A DNA stretch of 61,807 bases, filler included. It is 8 parts of 8 records of this genome, joined end to end, with 100 filler letters (N's around TTAATTAATTAA, not from the genome) between each part and the next. Parts side by side here need not be neighbours in the genome. Positions count along the whole stretch, not along the records: positions 5,788 to 15,803 come from DRR723986_13602; positions 15,904 to 26,981 come from DRR723986_13603; 6 more parts are not named here. One strand, given 5' to 3'. Position 1 is the first letter of the stretch; every line of letters starts with the position of its first letter. Of the stretch, positions 10,022 through 18,924 are shown in pieces. The notes beneath the pieces are model-generated. The model made no database searches. It saw only the letters and a list, made by a program, of their open reading frames with translations, and was not told the DNA's origin. A program made the translations under genes and the position numbers.

Positions 10022-10609
10022 TTATAGATTTATCAAAAATATCAAAAGCAGCGGAAGAAATTCTGCGAGTTCCACCCGCAAAGTTTTCAGTGCTTTTCCC
10101 ATATGTGCTTCCACCGTTTTGATGGAGATCTCTAGCCGATCGGCTATTTCTTGGTACTTCAATTCCTCAAACCTGCTAAGGTTAAATACCATCCGACATT
10201 TCTCTGGAAGTTTTTCCAAAGCCAAATGATAGCGCTCATATAATTCATTTTCCTGGCCCTTTATCTGCTCGCCGACCTGCTCAGGTTTGCCCTGAGTCAT
10301 TTCGTAGTGTGCATGGTCCCAATGCTTTCGTTTCACTTGTAGATGCTTGATGTGGTTCAGACTGTCGTGGTAAACAGCTCGGTAGAGGTAAGCCTTTAGC
10401 GAACTGCTGATTTCTAAGGTTTCCCGCTTTTCCCACAGCTTAAGAAAAACGCTCTGTACGACTTCCTCGGCAGTTTCCGATTCTTTGAGAATCGCCATGG
10501 CATAGGCATGCAAAGCCTTAAAATAGGTTTTGAAAACGGCCTCGAATGACTCTTCATCAACGAGTGTGGGAGGGTTAGACGGATTTAAGTGTATATCAGT
10601 CACTTTCAA
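10022..10609 (-). CDS. ECF sigma-70 factor (Bacteroidota FecI-like)
   Basis: AEEVVQSVFLKLWE (region 2); LPEKCRMVFNLSRFEELKYQEIADRLEISIKTVE (region 4); TTG start. Confidence 0.93.
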   Translation of the reverse strand: MKVTDIHLNPSNPPTLVDEESFEAVFKTYFKALHAYAMAILKESETAEEVVQSVFLKLWEKRETLEISSSLKAYLYRAVYHDSLNHIKHLQVKRKHWDHAHYEMTQGKPEQVGEQIKGQENELYERYHLALEKLPEKCRMVFNLSRFEELKYQEIADRLEISIKTVEAHMGKALKTLRVELAEFLPLLLIFLINL

Positions 10610-10630
10610 TTTTTTGATGCTTTCATTAAA

Positions 10631-10660
10631 ATGACAAGCTGAACAGAATTTACCCTTAGT
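10631..10660 (-). promoter_or_regulatory. Putative ECF promoter ACTAAGGGTAA-N13-TGTCAT upstream of the sigma gene
   Basis: Same bipartite motif with the same spacing at 12416-12445. Confidence 0.7.
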
Positions 10661-10704
10661 GCATTTGGTAAAAATACTAAGATTTTACATCAGAGTAGGC
10701 TGGA

Positions 10705-10844
10705 AGACAGTAGACGGAAGACCGAAGTTGGCTCAATTTCATTGATTAGCCGAAAAAGTGAAGGATTTCATAACAGCCGCTTTTAAATAATAATAGGGCT
10801 ATGATGCTTGAATTCTTCCGACTTCAGTCTCCTGTCTTCCGTCT
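10705..10844. repeat. Inverted pair of heptamer tracts (AGACNGR-like) at 10705-10731 and 10815-10844
   Basis: agacagt-agacgga-agaccga-agttgg versus the reverse complement agacgga-agacagg-agactga-agtcgga. Confidence 0.7.
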
Positions 10845-10847
10845 AAT

Positions 10848-12059
10848 TTAAAACCTCACATTAATTCCCGCAGTAAAACCCAATAAGGCCGCGTGGTAAT
10901 TTTCTCTCCAAGTCTCATCCCAAATTGTCAAGCCAGTATGATCTACAGCTTCAATATCACTTGAATGCATATAGGAGAGGCTCGGTCCAGCAAAGAGATG
11001 TATGCCTTGGGAAATCTTCAAAGTTGGAAGTAATTGAAAGCTGAACTTGGAGAAATCGCTGCCTTCAAAATCTGTCAAATATTTGCTGACTCCTTCTACA
11101 TCTAGTCTGAAATGTCTGGATTCTGCTAGATTTAGACCTAAACCAGCTTCAAAACCGTATTTCAGGTCCTTTACTTCCAAATTAGTTCCTAATCCAAGGA
11201 TTCCATAAACTCGCTTTCCACCTGAGCGAAGAGTCAAAAAGGAATTGAAGTTTTCATCTATGGAGATACCTAATCTATGATCTCCATTTTTCACAATGTT
11301 AATCAAACCAATCGTCACATCACTGCTATCAGCGATATTGATTAGACCTATTTGCATTCCTTTTACCGTTTTAGCCTGATTGACAAGTCCGGAAATCTGA
11401 ACTCCGTCTACATGCTCAGCCACATTTGAAAGTCCTGCGATTTGTACTCCCTTAACAGTTTTTGAAATAGTCGCAATCCCAGCGATCTGTGCTCCGTCTA
11501 CCTCCGGTGACATACTGGCGATCCCAGCTACCTGCATTCCAGTCACTGTTTTTGAAAGACTGGCAATTCCAGAAGCTTGGATTCCGTCAATCTGATTTGC
11601 AATATTTGAGATTCCAGCAAACTGCCCCCCATTTACCAAAACTGCCTTATTGAAGATACCTGAAGCCTGGAAAGCCGAATTGCCTAGGTTAATATTGCTT
11701 AAACCAGCTATCTGAGCTGCTTCACTAGCTTCGGAACTTTGATTCAGTAATCCAGCGATTTGAGCGCCGACAACTTTTCCAGTGACATGATTCCAAAGTC
11801 CGGAAATTTGAGCTCCGTTTACATCTCCTTTGACCATTCCTGCCAATCCATAAATAGCCGCTCCATTTTCTCCTCCGGAGATTCCTGTGAGCACATGTAA
11901 ACTGAAATTGTTGGTGTAATTCGCAGCTTCAGTTCCATGGGTAGAAATGGGGTAGAAAATACCAAGATGCGCAGGGCTTTTCTCTTGAGCGTAGGAAATA
12001 GAGATGAAAGTGAAAAACAGAAAGGTGAAGAGAGGTGCTTTTAATTGGTGAGCTTTCAT
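10848..12059 (-). CDS. Surface repeat protein, paralogue of 7174-8943 lacking the STN and carboxypeptidase-regulatory domains
   Basis: Signal peptide, G(A/V/M)Q(I/V)(A/S)G repeats, IGLINIVKNG, C-terminal GINVRF. Confidence 0.8.
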   Translation of the reverse strand: MKAHQLKAPLFTFLFFTFISISYAQEKSPAHLGIFYPISTHGTEAANYTNNFSLHVLTGISGGENGAAIYGLAGMVKGDVNGAQISGLWNHVTGKVVGAQIAGLLNQSSEASEAAQIAGLSNINLGNSAFQASGIFNKAVLVNGGQFAGISNIANQIDGIQASGIASLSKTVTGMQVAGIASMSPEVDGAQIAGIATISKTVKGVQIAGLSNVAEHVDGVQISGLVNQAKTVKGMQIGLINIADSSDVTIGLINIVKNGDHRLGISIDENFNSFLTLRSGGKRVYGILGLGTNLEVKDLKYGFEAGLGLNLAESRHFRLDVEGVSKYLTDFEGSDFSKFSFQLLPTLKISQGIHLFAGPSLSYMHSSDIEAVDHTGLTIWDETWRENYHAALLGFTAGINVRF

Positions 12060-12158
12060 AGCGTTTTTATAATTAGTTCATAGACCAAAGACCACAGCAC
12101 GATGTGCTAGTCGGAGGAATGTAGAATGATAATGATGTGTGAAATTTTGCTGAATGAA

Positions 12159-12389
12159 TCAATCAAGCAGCAAAGCGATCAGTTGGGATGGGGCATCCAC
12201 ATTGATGACTTTATAGTCCTCGAGCTCTATATTGAGAGCATATTCCAATTCGTAAATCAATCCATTAAGGAAGATTTTGTCCATTCTTAGGTCAAAGATG
12301 AAGTGGTCGTGCTTTCGAGCACCAGTTAATACGATTCCGTATTCGCTGAACACTTGAGTGATTTTTCTGAGTTGGCTATATTTTCCCAT
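12159..12389 (-). CDS. Acyl-carrier-protein-like protein lacking the phosphopantetheine Ser
   Basis: 76 aa; DLRMDKIFLNGLIYELEYALNIELED aligns by eye to ACP DLGxDSLDxVELVMxLEEEFxIEIxD, with DS replaced by DK. Confidence 0.65.
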   Translation of the reverse strand: MGKYSQLRKITQVFSEYGIVLTGARKHDHFIFDLRMDKIFLNGLIYELEYALNIELEDYKVINVDAPSQLIALLLD

Positions 12390-12415
12390 GTTGTCATTTT
12401 TGTGATGTTACGTCT

Positions 12416-12445
12416 ATGACAGCTCGGGTGGAGATTACCCTTAGT
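12416..12445 (-). promoter_or_regulatory. Second copy of the putative ECF promoter ACTAAGGGTAA-N13-TGTCAT
   Basis: + strand ATGACA (12416-12421) and TTACCCTTAGT (12435-12445), about 27 bp upstream of the ACP-like ATG. Confidence 0.7.
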
Positions 12446-12595
12446 TAGGATTTAAAAAGTCAAAAAATAAGAGCCGCACTTATAGTACAGCTCTTTGTGA
12501 AATTTAATATGGATGTTTTTTTATTTATATCCTTTTTTCCACATGTTATAAGATTAAACCAAATAAGGATTTGGTTAACACTAGGAGTGAGGCAG

Positions 12596-12630
12596 CTTCG
12601 GTCACCGGTCACCGGTCTTCGGTCTTCAGA
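12596..12630. repeat. Five-unit heptamer tandem repeat
   Basis: cttcggt-caccggt-caccggt-cttcggt-cttcaga; same family as 10705-10844. Confidence 0.75.
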
Positions 12631-12684
12631 CCTGGTGAGCAAAGAAATTATGTCTACTGGCAAGATTAGGGACAATGATATTTA

Positions 12685-13962
12685 TTATAATCCAGAAGCT
12701 ATTGATTTTAAGCCTCTTTCTTCAATTAGAGTTTCTCTTACTTTAAGTGATCGGAAAGCTTTGATTGGATCAATTGCTCCTCCGGATCTGCGCATTGCTT
12801 CGGCAAGTAATGGACGAAGATCCGTTCTATAAGCGTCCTGTAAAATCTCCTGCGCAGCAGCTACGTCATGGACTTCCTGAGCAGCTTCTAGATTCTTGCT
12901 GTCTACCAAAAGTGCCTGCGCATAGGCTAGCTTAATGGCCTGAACAGACTGAATTAAATCTTCCATTGGATCTTTTAGATTGTGACTTGCATCGATCATC
13001 CATGAAAGTGGGGGATTATTCGTTTCGCTAAAACCTTTTACCAATTCCTGGAAAATCAGGAATAATTGATAGGGTTTTACACTTCCAACTGTCAAATCAT
13101 CATCTCCGTATTTAGAGTCATTGAAGTGAAATCCACCCAGTTTTCCTTCAGTCATTAGCGTCGCTACAATCTGCTCAATATTTGTATTTGGCAAATGATG
13201 TCCCAAATCTACGAGCGTATAAGCCTTTTTACCAAGCTTATTAGCTAGCAGAAAAGACGTTCCCCAATCCTGGATCACTGTGCTGTAGAAGTTCGGTTCG
13301 TATGGCTTGTATTCAATTAAAAGCTTCCAGTCTTCTGGAACTACTTTATAGATTTCCTGAAGGGATAAATGCGTGTTTTCCAGCGCTTTTCTCAAACTAT
13401 GCTGCCCAGGGAAACTACTGCCATCTGCCAGCCAAACAGTCAATGCTTTGGAACCCAGTTTCTCTCCAATCTCTATTACCTGCTTATTATGCTCCACAGC
13501 TAATTCACGGACGGCAGCGTCGGAATTTGCCAAAGAACCAAACTTATAGCTATGCGTTTGGTCTGCCTGATCTTGAAAAGTATTGGAATTGACAGCATCG
13601 AAGCCTATTCCAACCTCTGATGCACTATCTTTTATCGCTTGGTAATCGGATGGAATATCCCAAGGAATATGTAGCGAAACTCCATTGCTCGATTGGTTCA
13701 AGGCATGTAGGATTCCTACATCCTGGATTTTCTGAATCAAAGTAGCAGGTTCTCCACCTCCGGAAAATCTCCCGAATCGTGTTCCTCCTGTTCCCAGTGC
13801 CCAACTAGGTATTGCGATTTGTAAGGCTTGAAGTTTGGAAATCAGCTCTTCTACATTGTTTCCTTTTTTGTCTAAGCTTTCGGCAAGGAATTCAAAGCTT
13901 CTGGTATGGTCGGCGCCTAGCGAAGTATTTTGAGCTTGTATTTGATCTAATGTAAGTTTCAT
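12685..13962 (-). CDS. rhaI: L-rhamnose isomerase (RhaI-type sugar isomerase)
   Basis: IPSWALGTGGTRFGRF, LHIPWD, EYKPYEP, DLGHH, GGFHFNDSKYGDDDL. Confidence 0.85.
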   Translation of the reverse strand: MKLTLDQIQAQNTSLGADHTRSFEFLAESLDKKGNNVEELISKLQALQIAIPSWALGTGGTRFGRFSGGGEPATLIQKIQDVGILHALNQSSNGVSLHIPWDIPSDYQAIKDSASEVGIGFDAVNSNTFQDQADQTHSYKFGSLANSDAAVRELAVEHNKQVIEIGEKLGSKALTVWLADGSSFPGQHSLRKALENTHLSLQEIYKVVPEDWKLLIEYKPYEPNFYSTVIQDWGTSFLLANKLGKKAYTLVDLGHHLPNTNIEQIVATLMTEGKLGGFHFNDSKYGDDDLTVGSVKPYQLFLIFQELVKGFSETNNPPLSWMIDASHNLKDPMEDLIQSVQAIKLAYAQALLVDSKNLEAAQEVHDVAAAQEILQDAYRTDLRPLLAEAMRRSGGAIDPIKAFRSLKVRETLIEERGLKSIASGL

Positions 13963-13976
13963 TGTTTTAGATTTTA

Positions 13977-14014
13977 ACCGCAGAGGACACGGAGTTCACG
14001 CGGAGTACACAGAG
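13977..14014. repeat. Short degenerate tandem repeat (CAC/CGC-RGAG type)
   Basis: accgcagag-gacacggag-ttcacgcggag-tacacagag. Confidence 0.55.
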
Positions 14015-14064
14015 TAATAGTGAATATATTTGATGTCTTGCTTCTCCAGAAGCTGGACTTTAAT

Positions 14065-14253
14065 TCAACTTTCCACTTCTTCCTCTTCGGACTTATTCAT
14101 CCAAAAAGAAGCAGTGCCAAACCAGATTATGGTGCCGATCAGCATCAGGGTTTTGGAAAGTTCAGGAGTAATGCTACCCTTCAAAACCAGAAATGAAGGG
14201 ATAAGTGTCAGTGCTAAAGCAGCGAATGATATTATTTTTAATACACTTTTCAT
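14065..14253 (-). CDS. Small two-TM membrane protein (62 aa)
   Basis: MKSVLKIISFAALALTLIPSFLV...LIGTIIWFGTASFW; starts 2 nt after the permease stop. Confidence 0.7.
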   Translation of the reverse strand: MKSVLKIISFAALALTLIPSFLVLKGSITPELSKTLMLIGTIIWFGTASFWMNKSEEEEVES

Positions 14254-14255
14254 AA

Positions 14256-15680
14256 TCAGTAGGTTAAAGGAATAGTAGGAGAGACATTCGTTGATTTTTT
14301 CTGGATAGCTTTTGAAGCAATCAAGTAAACAATCACTGCTACAAACCAACCAGGAAGTCCTAGGAAGAAGATTTCAACTCCTCCATAAATATTCAAACCT
14401 AAACAGAAAATGAGCGAGATAGCCCAAGTAATTCCTACTGCCGGATTGAAGTGGGATTTGGTCAATTCTGCATAGTTGCTGGCAAGCCCCATCTTTGGCA
14501 GTACAAATACATCCAAGAAAATCACGGCTCCAAGTGGCATTAAAATCAATCCATAAAGCGCAACGAATTCCAATAACTGCATTACCAAAGCTGGGAAGCA
14601 GGCAGCGATGGTTGTTATCAATCCTACAAATAAAGTCACTTTCCAGGTTTTCCACTTTGGATTTATGGATTGTATTGCCAGTCCAGCTCTATAAAGAGTT
14701 GGGTTGGCAGTAGTCCAACCTGCGATCACTACGCAAACTGCGCCAGCTATTCCCGCTGCTTCATAAGCAATAGGGCCAGGAGCAAATACTAAACTGCCTT
14801 TTGACTCCAATAGAAAAAGAGAATACAAAATTCCAGAGGCCATCCAAGCGATGAAGTGGCCTAAGAAAACGCCTGTTGCAGATGAAAAGCCATAGGTCCA
14901 TTTTTTTGCGTAGCGCAAAAGTGACATATCAGCCATACCTATATGCATGCCCATGTTACAAAACCAAGCAAAAAACATAATATGCCAGAAGGTGAATTTG
15001 CTTTGACCTTCTAAAGGAACTCCATTCCAAATTGTACTGTCTGCTACAGGCCAAAACTCAGAAAAAGAGGTGATTCCCAATCTAGGCAAAACGCCCACTG
15101 CTGCAGCAATAAAGATCATAATCATCCATGGCGCAGCGATATTGGCGAATTTTGATATCACACCGAAGCCAAACATGGCTACAAAAGTAGTGATAGTACC
15201 AATCGCAAATACTGTGACAATCCAACCTACACTATTTGGATAGACATCGGTGAGAGAGGGCATAGGAAGATTGAAGGGAATTCCAACTGCTGTGGCTGAG
15301 ACTGCTATCATTGAACCTGCCAGAAAGCAGAATAAAGCTGCGTTTACGACATTGTAAATCATGGTAAATCGATTTCCAGCAATTTTCTCCAATTGATAAT
15401 ACAATGTAGTTCTGGTCTTCACAGCTACTTTTCCTGTGAAAAATGCCCAGCTTAGAATGGCGAGAATATTTCCAACAATCAGACCACTCACCAGATCACC
15501 AGCAGAAGCTCCATGAGCTACGAAAAGTGGGCCTAATACAAACTCTGTTCCTGCGGTATGCTCACCGGCATAGGTTCCTATAAAGCTTTTCCAGCCTTTA
15601 AGCTTGTTTTTTGGAATGGGAGTACGTTCGTATTCATTGACAGCTTCGAGCCGTTGTTTAAGATTTTGTTTTTCAGACAT
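14256..15680 (-). CDS. NCS1/purine-cytosine-permease-like transporter
   Basis: About 12 TM segments; EYERTPIP N-terminus; AGWTTANPTLY motif. Confidence 0.75.
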   Translation of the reverse strand: MSEKQNLKQRLEAVNEYERTPIPKNKLKGWKSFIGTYAGEHTAGTEFVLGPLFVAHGASAGDLVSGLIVGNILAILSWAFFTGKVAVKTRTTLYYQLEKIAGNRFTMIYNVVNAALFCFLAGSMIAVSATAVGIPFNLPMPSLTDVYPNSVGWIVTVFAIGTITTFVAMFGFGVISKFANIAAPWMIMIFIAAAVGVLPRLGITSFSEFWPVADSTIWNGVPLEGQSKFTFWHIMFFAWFCNMGMHIGMADMSLLRYAKKWTYGFSSATGVFLGHFIAWMASGILYSLFLLESKGSLVFAPGPIAYEAAGIAGAVCVVIAGWTTANPTLYRAGLAIQSINPKWKTWKVTLFVGLITTIAACFPALVMQLLEFVALYGLILMPLGAVIFLDVFVLPKMGLASNYAELTKSHFNPAVGITWAISLIFCLGLNIYGGVEIFFLGLPGWFVAVIVYLIASKAIQKKSTNVSPTIPLTY

Positions 15681-15903
15681 TGATTTTCTTTTGGGCTTAA
15701 AGATGAAATTAGGTTAGAGGACAGTTTCATGTATCCTGTGCTATATGGGTGGGGAGTGCATTTAGTGTTTATTTTATATGATTATCCGCAATGATGCCAG
15801 TCANNNNNNNNNNNNNNNNNNNNNNNNNNNNNNNNNNNNNNNNNNNNTTAATTAATTAANNNNNNNNNNNNNNNNNNNNNNNNNNNNNNNNNNNNNNNNN
15901 NNN

Positions 15904-15949
15904 CAGCTCACAGCACTTAGGGCTGTGAGCCGCAAAGACTTAAGTCTAC
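15904..15949. repeat. REP-like palindrome ending in CTAC; second copy at 26952-26981
   Basis: GCTCACAGC-ACTTAGG-GCTGTGAGC hairpin followed by CGCAAAGACTTAAGTCTAC. Confidence 0.8.
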
Positions 15950-16113
15950 ATGACCCAAATACGAGTCATTATCAAATCAAAGTCTGGAAACTGACTCGTC
16001 ACTTATCAATTGAGACTCAGCGACAAACAATAGAATCAAAAGGCAAGCCACGCCGCAGCCCAAATGTAATGCGGGCAAGCCGGGGCGCTGCAATCCGGAC
16101 AGACACAATCGAA

Positions 16114-18924
16114 TCAGGACTCAATTTTTAAGGTTTGCATGTAACCGTCATTAAACAGAATCGCACATCCGTTAACTTTGTCGGTTAACACAAGGTCCGC
16201 CACACCAGAGGAATTTGAGAGCGGCTGATCCAGCAGTAACTCCGCCGAATGCTGCAGAACGCGATAAACGCGCAGAGTCTCAGCAATTGAAACAGCAAAC
16301 CCATTGCGCAGTAAAATTACAGCCGGCGCCGCCTGATCCGTGTTTAAATAAATCTCTGCCAAAGAGCGATTGCCCGGCCTGCCGGCAGGAACCAGAATTC
16401 GCGCACCTTGCTCATAACCCACTATAAAAGTCGTGTTGCGTATCGAACCGGAAGACTTAACGTTAACAATTGTTTGTTCCACCGGCAACACAGTCGGCTC
16501 TACACTACCATCAAAAACCACTAGCTGCGTCGCCATTACCAGCCAGCTTGTATTCCGGCCGGCAAAAAGACCACAAACTGCAGGATCGTCAACTTCAAAT
16601 ATTCCGTTGGGAATATTGGTGACGGATAATTGGCGACCGTTTTGATCACAAATTGTTACAACCGGCTCACCGGCCATGCTTTGTAAGATGTGCGTCTGCC
16701 CGTGTTCGCCTGGAGCAACATGTGAAGTTTCGGCCGGCAACCACTGGGTAGAGTTTAACTGCAAGGCGTCCAGACGGTTCTCCCAGGGATAAAATGTTAA
16801 CTCGGGAAACATACCGACCAGCGGGGTAAACAAGACCGGGCGTTTAAGTCCCATATCAAACAAACGCGCCGAATTGTGAGCCGGGGAAGGCCCCATCGCA
16901 ACAAACTCACGCGATTGTATCCTCCTTGTCCAGTTGCCGCGTACAAGCACTAACTTGCCGGCCATGTTCCCCACTGCCAGAAATTGATCTCCCAGCGAAA
17001 GCAAATCCAGCCACTGCGCGCCATGCTGTAAGAGAAATTCATATTCTACCGTACAGCTGATGCCCGGCACAGAATCCGCAGGCTTATACCTGATATCGGC
17101 TTTCTGGCTCGTCAAATATCGATTGCTGTCACGCACCAAAAGTTTATCGTGCGGACGCAGTTTGCCGTAGTGGTCCAGGAGCGTGCGCTTCTCATTCATA
17201 GAGGCATGCGGCAAACGTTTACCAACAATATTTGTGGCTGCATTGAGCGCCAGTTGACGAAGTTTGAGGTCGCTGGACTTCGTCGTGACATTCTGCAAAA
17301 CTTTTACAACATTTCCTGCAGCCTGCGCCGTGGGAGTATCCGTCGCAAATCTGTTAACACGTGCGTAGATTTCATCTGATTTGTTAACGGAAGCAGCTAT
17401 CTCAAACCAGCGCTGCAAATGTTCCGCAGCGTAGTTAGACCTGGGCCAGGTATCGCGCAGCATACTCAGCGCGGCCTCACTATCCTGCAGGCACTTAACA
17501 TATACATTGGCAGCATCGAGGAATTTCTTCGTTTTAACATGTTCTTTGGCGGCGCGCTGCCAACAAAGCCGGGCGGCTTCAATATTTCCGAGCTGCTTGT
17601 GGAGATTGCCGGCATTAAAGTGGTCGTGTAATTCTTCGAACAGAACCAGCGCCTCGTGCAGGAGTCCGCCTTTAGTGAGGCAAATGGCGGCATCGCGCTT
17701 GTTGTGCAATTTGTGAATATAGATCGACGCCGCCTGCCGATACATGCGCCCGCGCTTGAGGCAATCGGCCGCCGAAGCCCAGTCACCGAGAAGTTCAGCG
17801 TGGATATAAGCGGCGCGTTCGTAGTTGCCCTTGTTAATCTCGACCTGTGCCAGCTCGCGATATTTAAGTTGCAGGCGTTTGCGAAACTCGGGCTTAAGAT
17901 CCCAGAAGTCGGCGTTCTTTGCGTGTTGATTAGCGCCGAAGGTCGTAGCGTGTTCGTTTAAGCGCCAGCCAGGATTTTTACTTTGTCCGCGCCAGGCAGT
18001 TTTGCCGAGCGGCATGGCATAACGCAGGCCTTTGTCCGGTTCGTGATTTAACATGTCCATGAGCCTGTCCAGCTCACTCTGGCGTTTGGCTGCCAGGTTT
18101 TCGGCTTTATCCTCAGCCCAATCGCCGATTTTGCTAAACATGTTGGCCAGCATGTTTGAATTGCCCGACTCGCCACCTTTGTCGGCATTCTGCTTTTCAT
18201 CTTTACCATCTTTGCCACCGGCGAGGTCACCCAGTCCCCTGGCAATCATGCCGCCGAAGCCGAGGACTGCATTGCCGAGCAGCTCTATGGGCGTGTCTCC
18301 CTGCAGGCCTTGAGTCTTCTTGTTTTTCTTGTCATCTGCGTCAATTTCACTCGGCGGTGATGTGCCGATGTCCTGGCCGGCATCCTGCAGAATTTCATCT
18401 TCCGGCGGCTGTTCAACGATAATGGCCGTTAAGCGCGGAGGTGGAGTGCCTGGGAAACCCGACTGCCACACAAACGGAAGTGGTGGCGGAGCGTCGAACA
18501 AATCAGAAACTGTACGGATATCTTTGGCTGCAAAACCGATTGGCCCCAGGCCTGGGTGCCAAATGACTTTGTCCCAGGTAAACAACCGTTCGACTTCCCG
18601 ATCATCAAGCGGCGGCCAGATTTCACTGCCGCGCGGCAGGTATAGTTTCCCGGCGCGGCATGAATAATTTTGCAGTAATTGGCCGCTCTTCTCCATGAAA
18701 TTTTTGTCTTCGTCGGCGGGAATCACAAGCGCACTTCCCATTGCCGGATTTTGGCGCGATTGTGGCAGCACCAGCAGCTGCGCGGCTTCGGGTTTGTTTA
18801 AGTGGCCAATGGCAACCATGCAATCTTTTGGATCGGCACTGGGCACCAGGAAGGCTGCCGTGGTCTTGGCAGTGTTCTTTTCACTTTTGCTGATACTGCG
18901 CAGTTCGAGTTGGAGTTCTGTCAT
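16114..18924 (-). CDS. MoxR-vWA-beta-propeller system component (bpX3-like N-terminus, low-complexity linker, TPR-like helices, beta-rich C-terminus)
   Basis: KLYLPRGSEIWPPL...WHPGLGPIGF; LDRLMDML..EPDKGLRYAMPL; AAYIHAELLGDW; start overlaps the upstream stop. Confidence 0.7.
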   Translation of the reverse strand: MTELQLELRSISKSEKNTAKTTAAFLVPSADPKDCMVAIGHLNKPEAAQLLVLPQSRQNPAMGSALVIPADEDKNFMEKSGQLLQNYSCRAGKLYLPRGSEIWPPLDDREVERLFTWDKVIWHPGLGPIGFAAKDIRTVSDLFDAPPPLPFVWQSGFPGTPPPRLTAIIVEQPPEDEILQDAGQDIGTSPPSEIDADDKKNKKTQGLQGDTPIELLGNAVLGFGGMIARGLGDLAGGKDGKDEKQNADKGGESGNSNMLANMFSKIGDWAEDKAENLAAKRQSELDRLMDMLNHEPDKGLRYAMPLGKTAWRGQSKNPGWRLNEHATTFGANQHAKNADFWDLKPEFRKRLQLKYRELAQVEINKGNYERAAYIHAELLGDWASAADCLKRGRMYRQAASIYIHKLHNKRDAAICLTKGGLLHEALVLFEELHDHFNAGNLHKQLGNIEAARLCWQRAAKEHVKTKKFLDAANVYVKCLQDSEAALSMLRDTWPRSNYAAEHLQRWFEIAASVNKSDEIYARVNRFATDTPTAQAAGNVVKVLQNVTTKSSDLKLRQLALNAATNIVGKRLPHASMNEKRTLLDHYGKLRPHDKLLVRDSNRYLTSQKADIRYKPADSVPGISCTVEYEFLLQHGAQWLDLLSLGDQFLAVGNMAGKLVLVRGNWTRRIQSREFVAMGPSPAHNSARLFDMGLKRPVLFTPLVGMFPELTFYPWENRLDALQLNSTQWLPAETSHVAPGEHGQTHILQSMAGEPVVTICDQNGRQLSVTNIPNGIFEVDDPAVCGLFAGRNTSWLVMATQLVVFDGSVEPTVLPVEQTIVNVKSSGSIRNTTFIVGYEQGARILVPAGRPGNRSLAEIYLNTDQAAPAVILLRNGFAVSIAETLRVYRVLQHSAELLLDQPLSNSSGVADLVLTDKVNGCAILFNDGYMQTLKIES

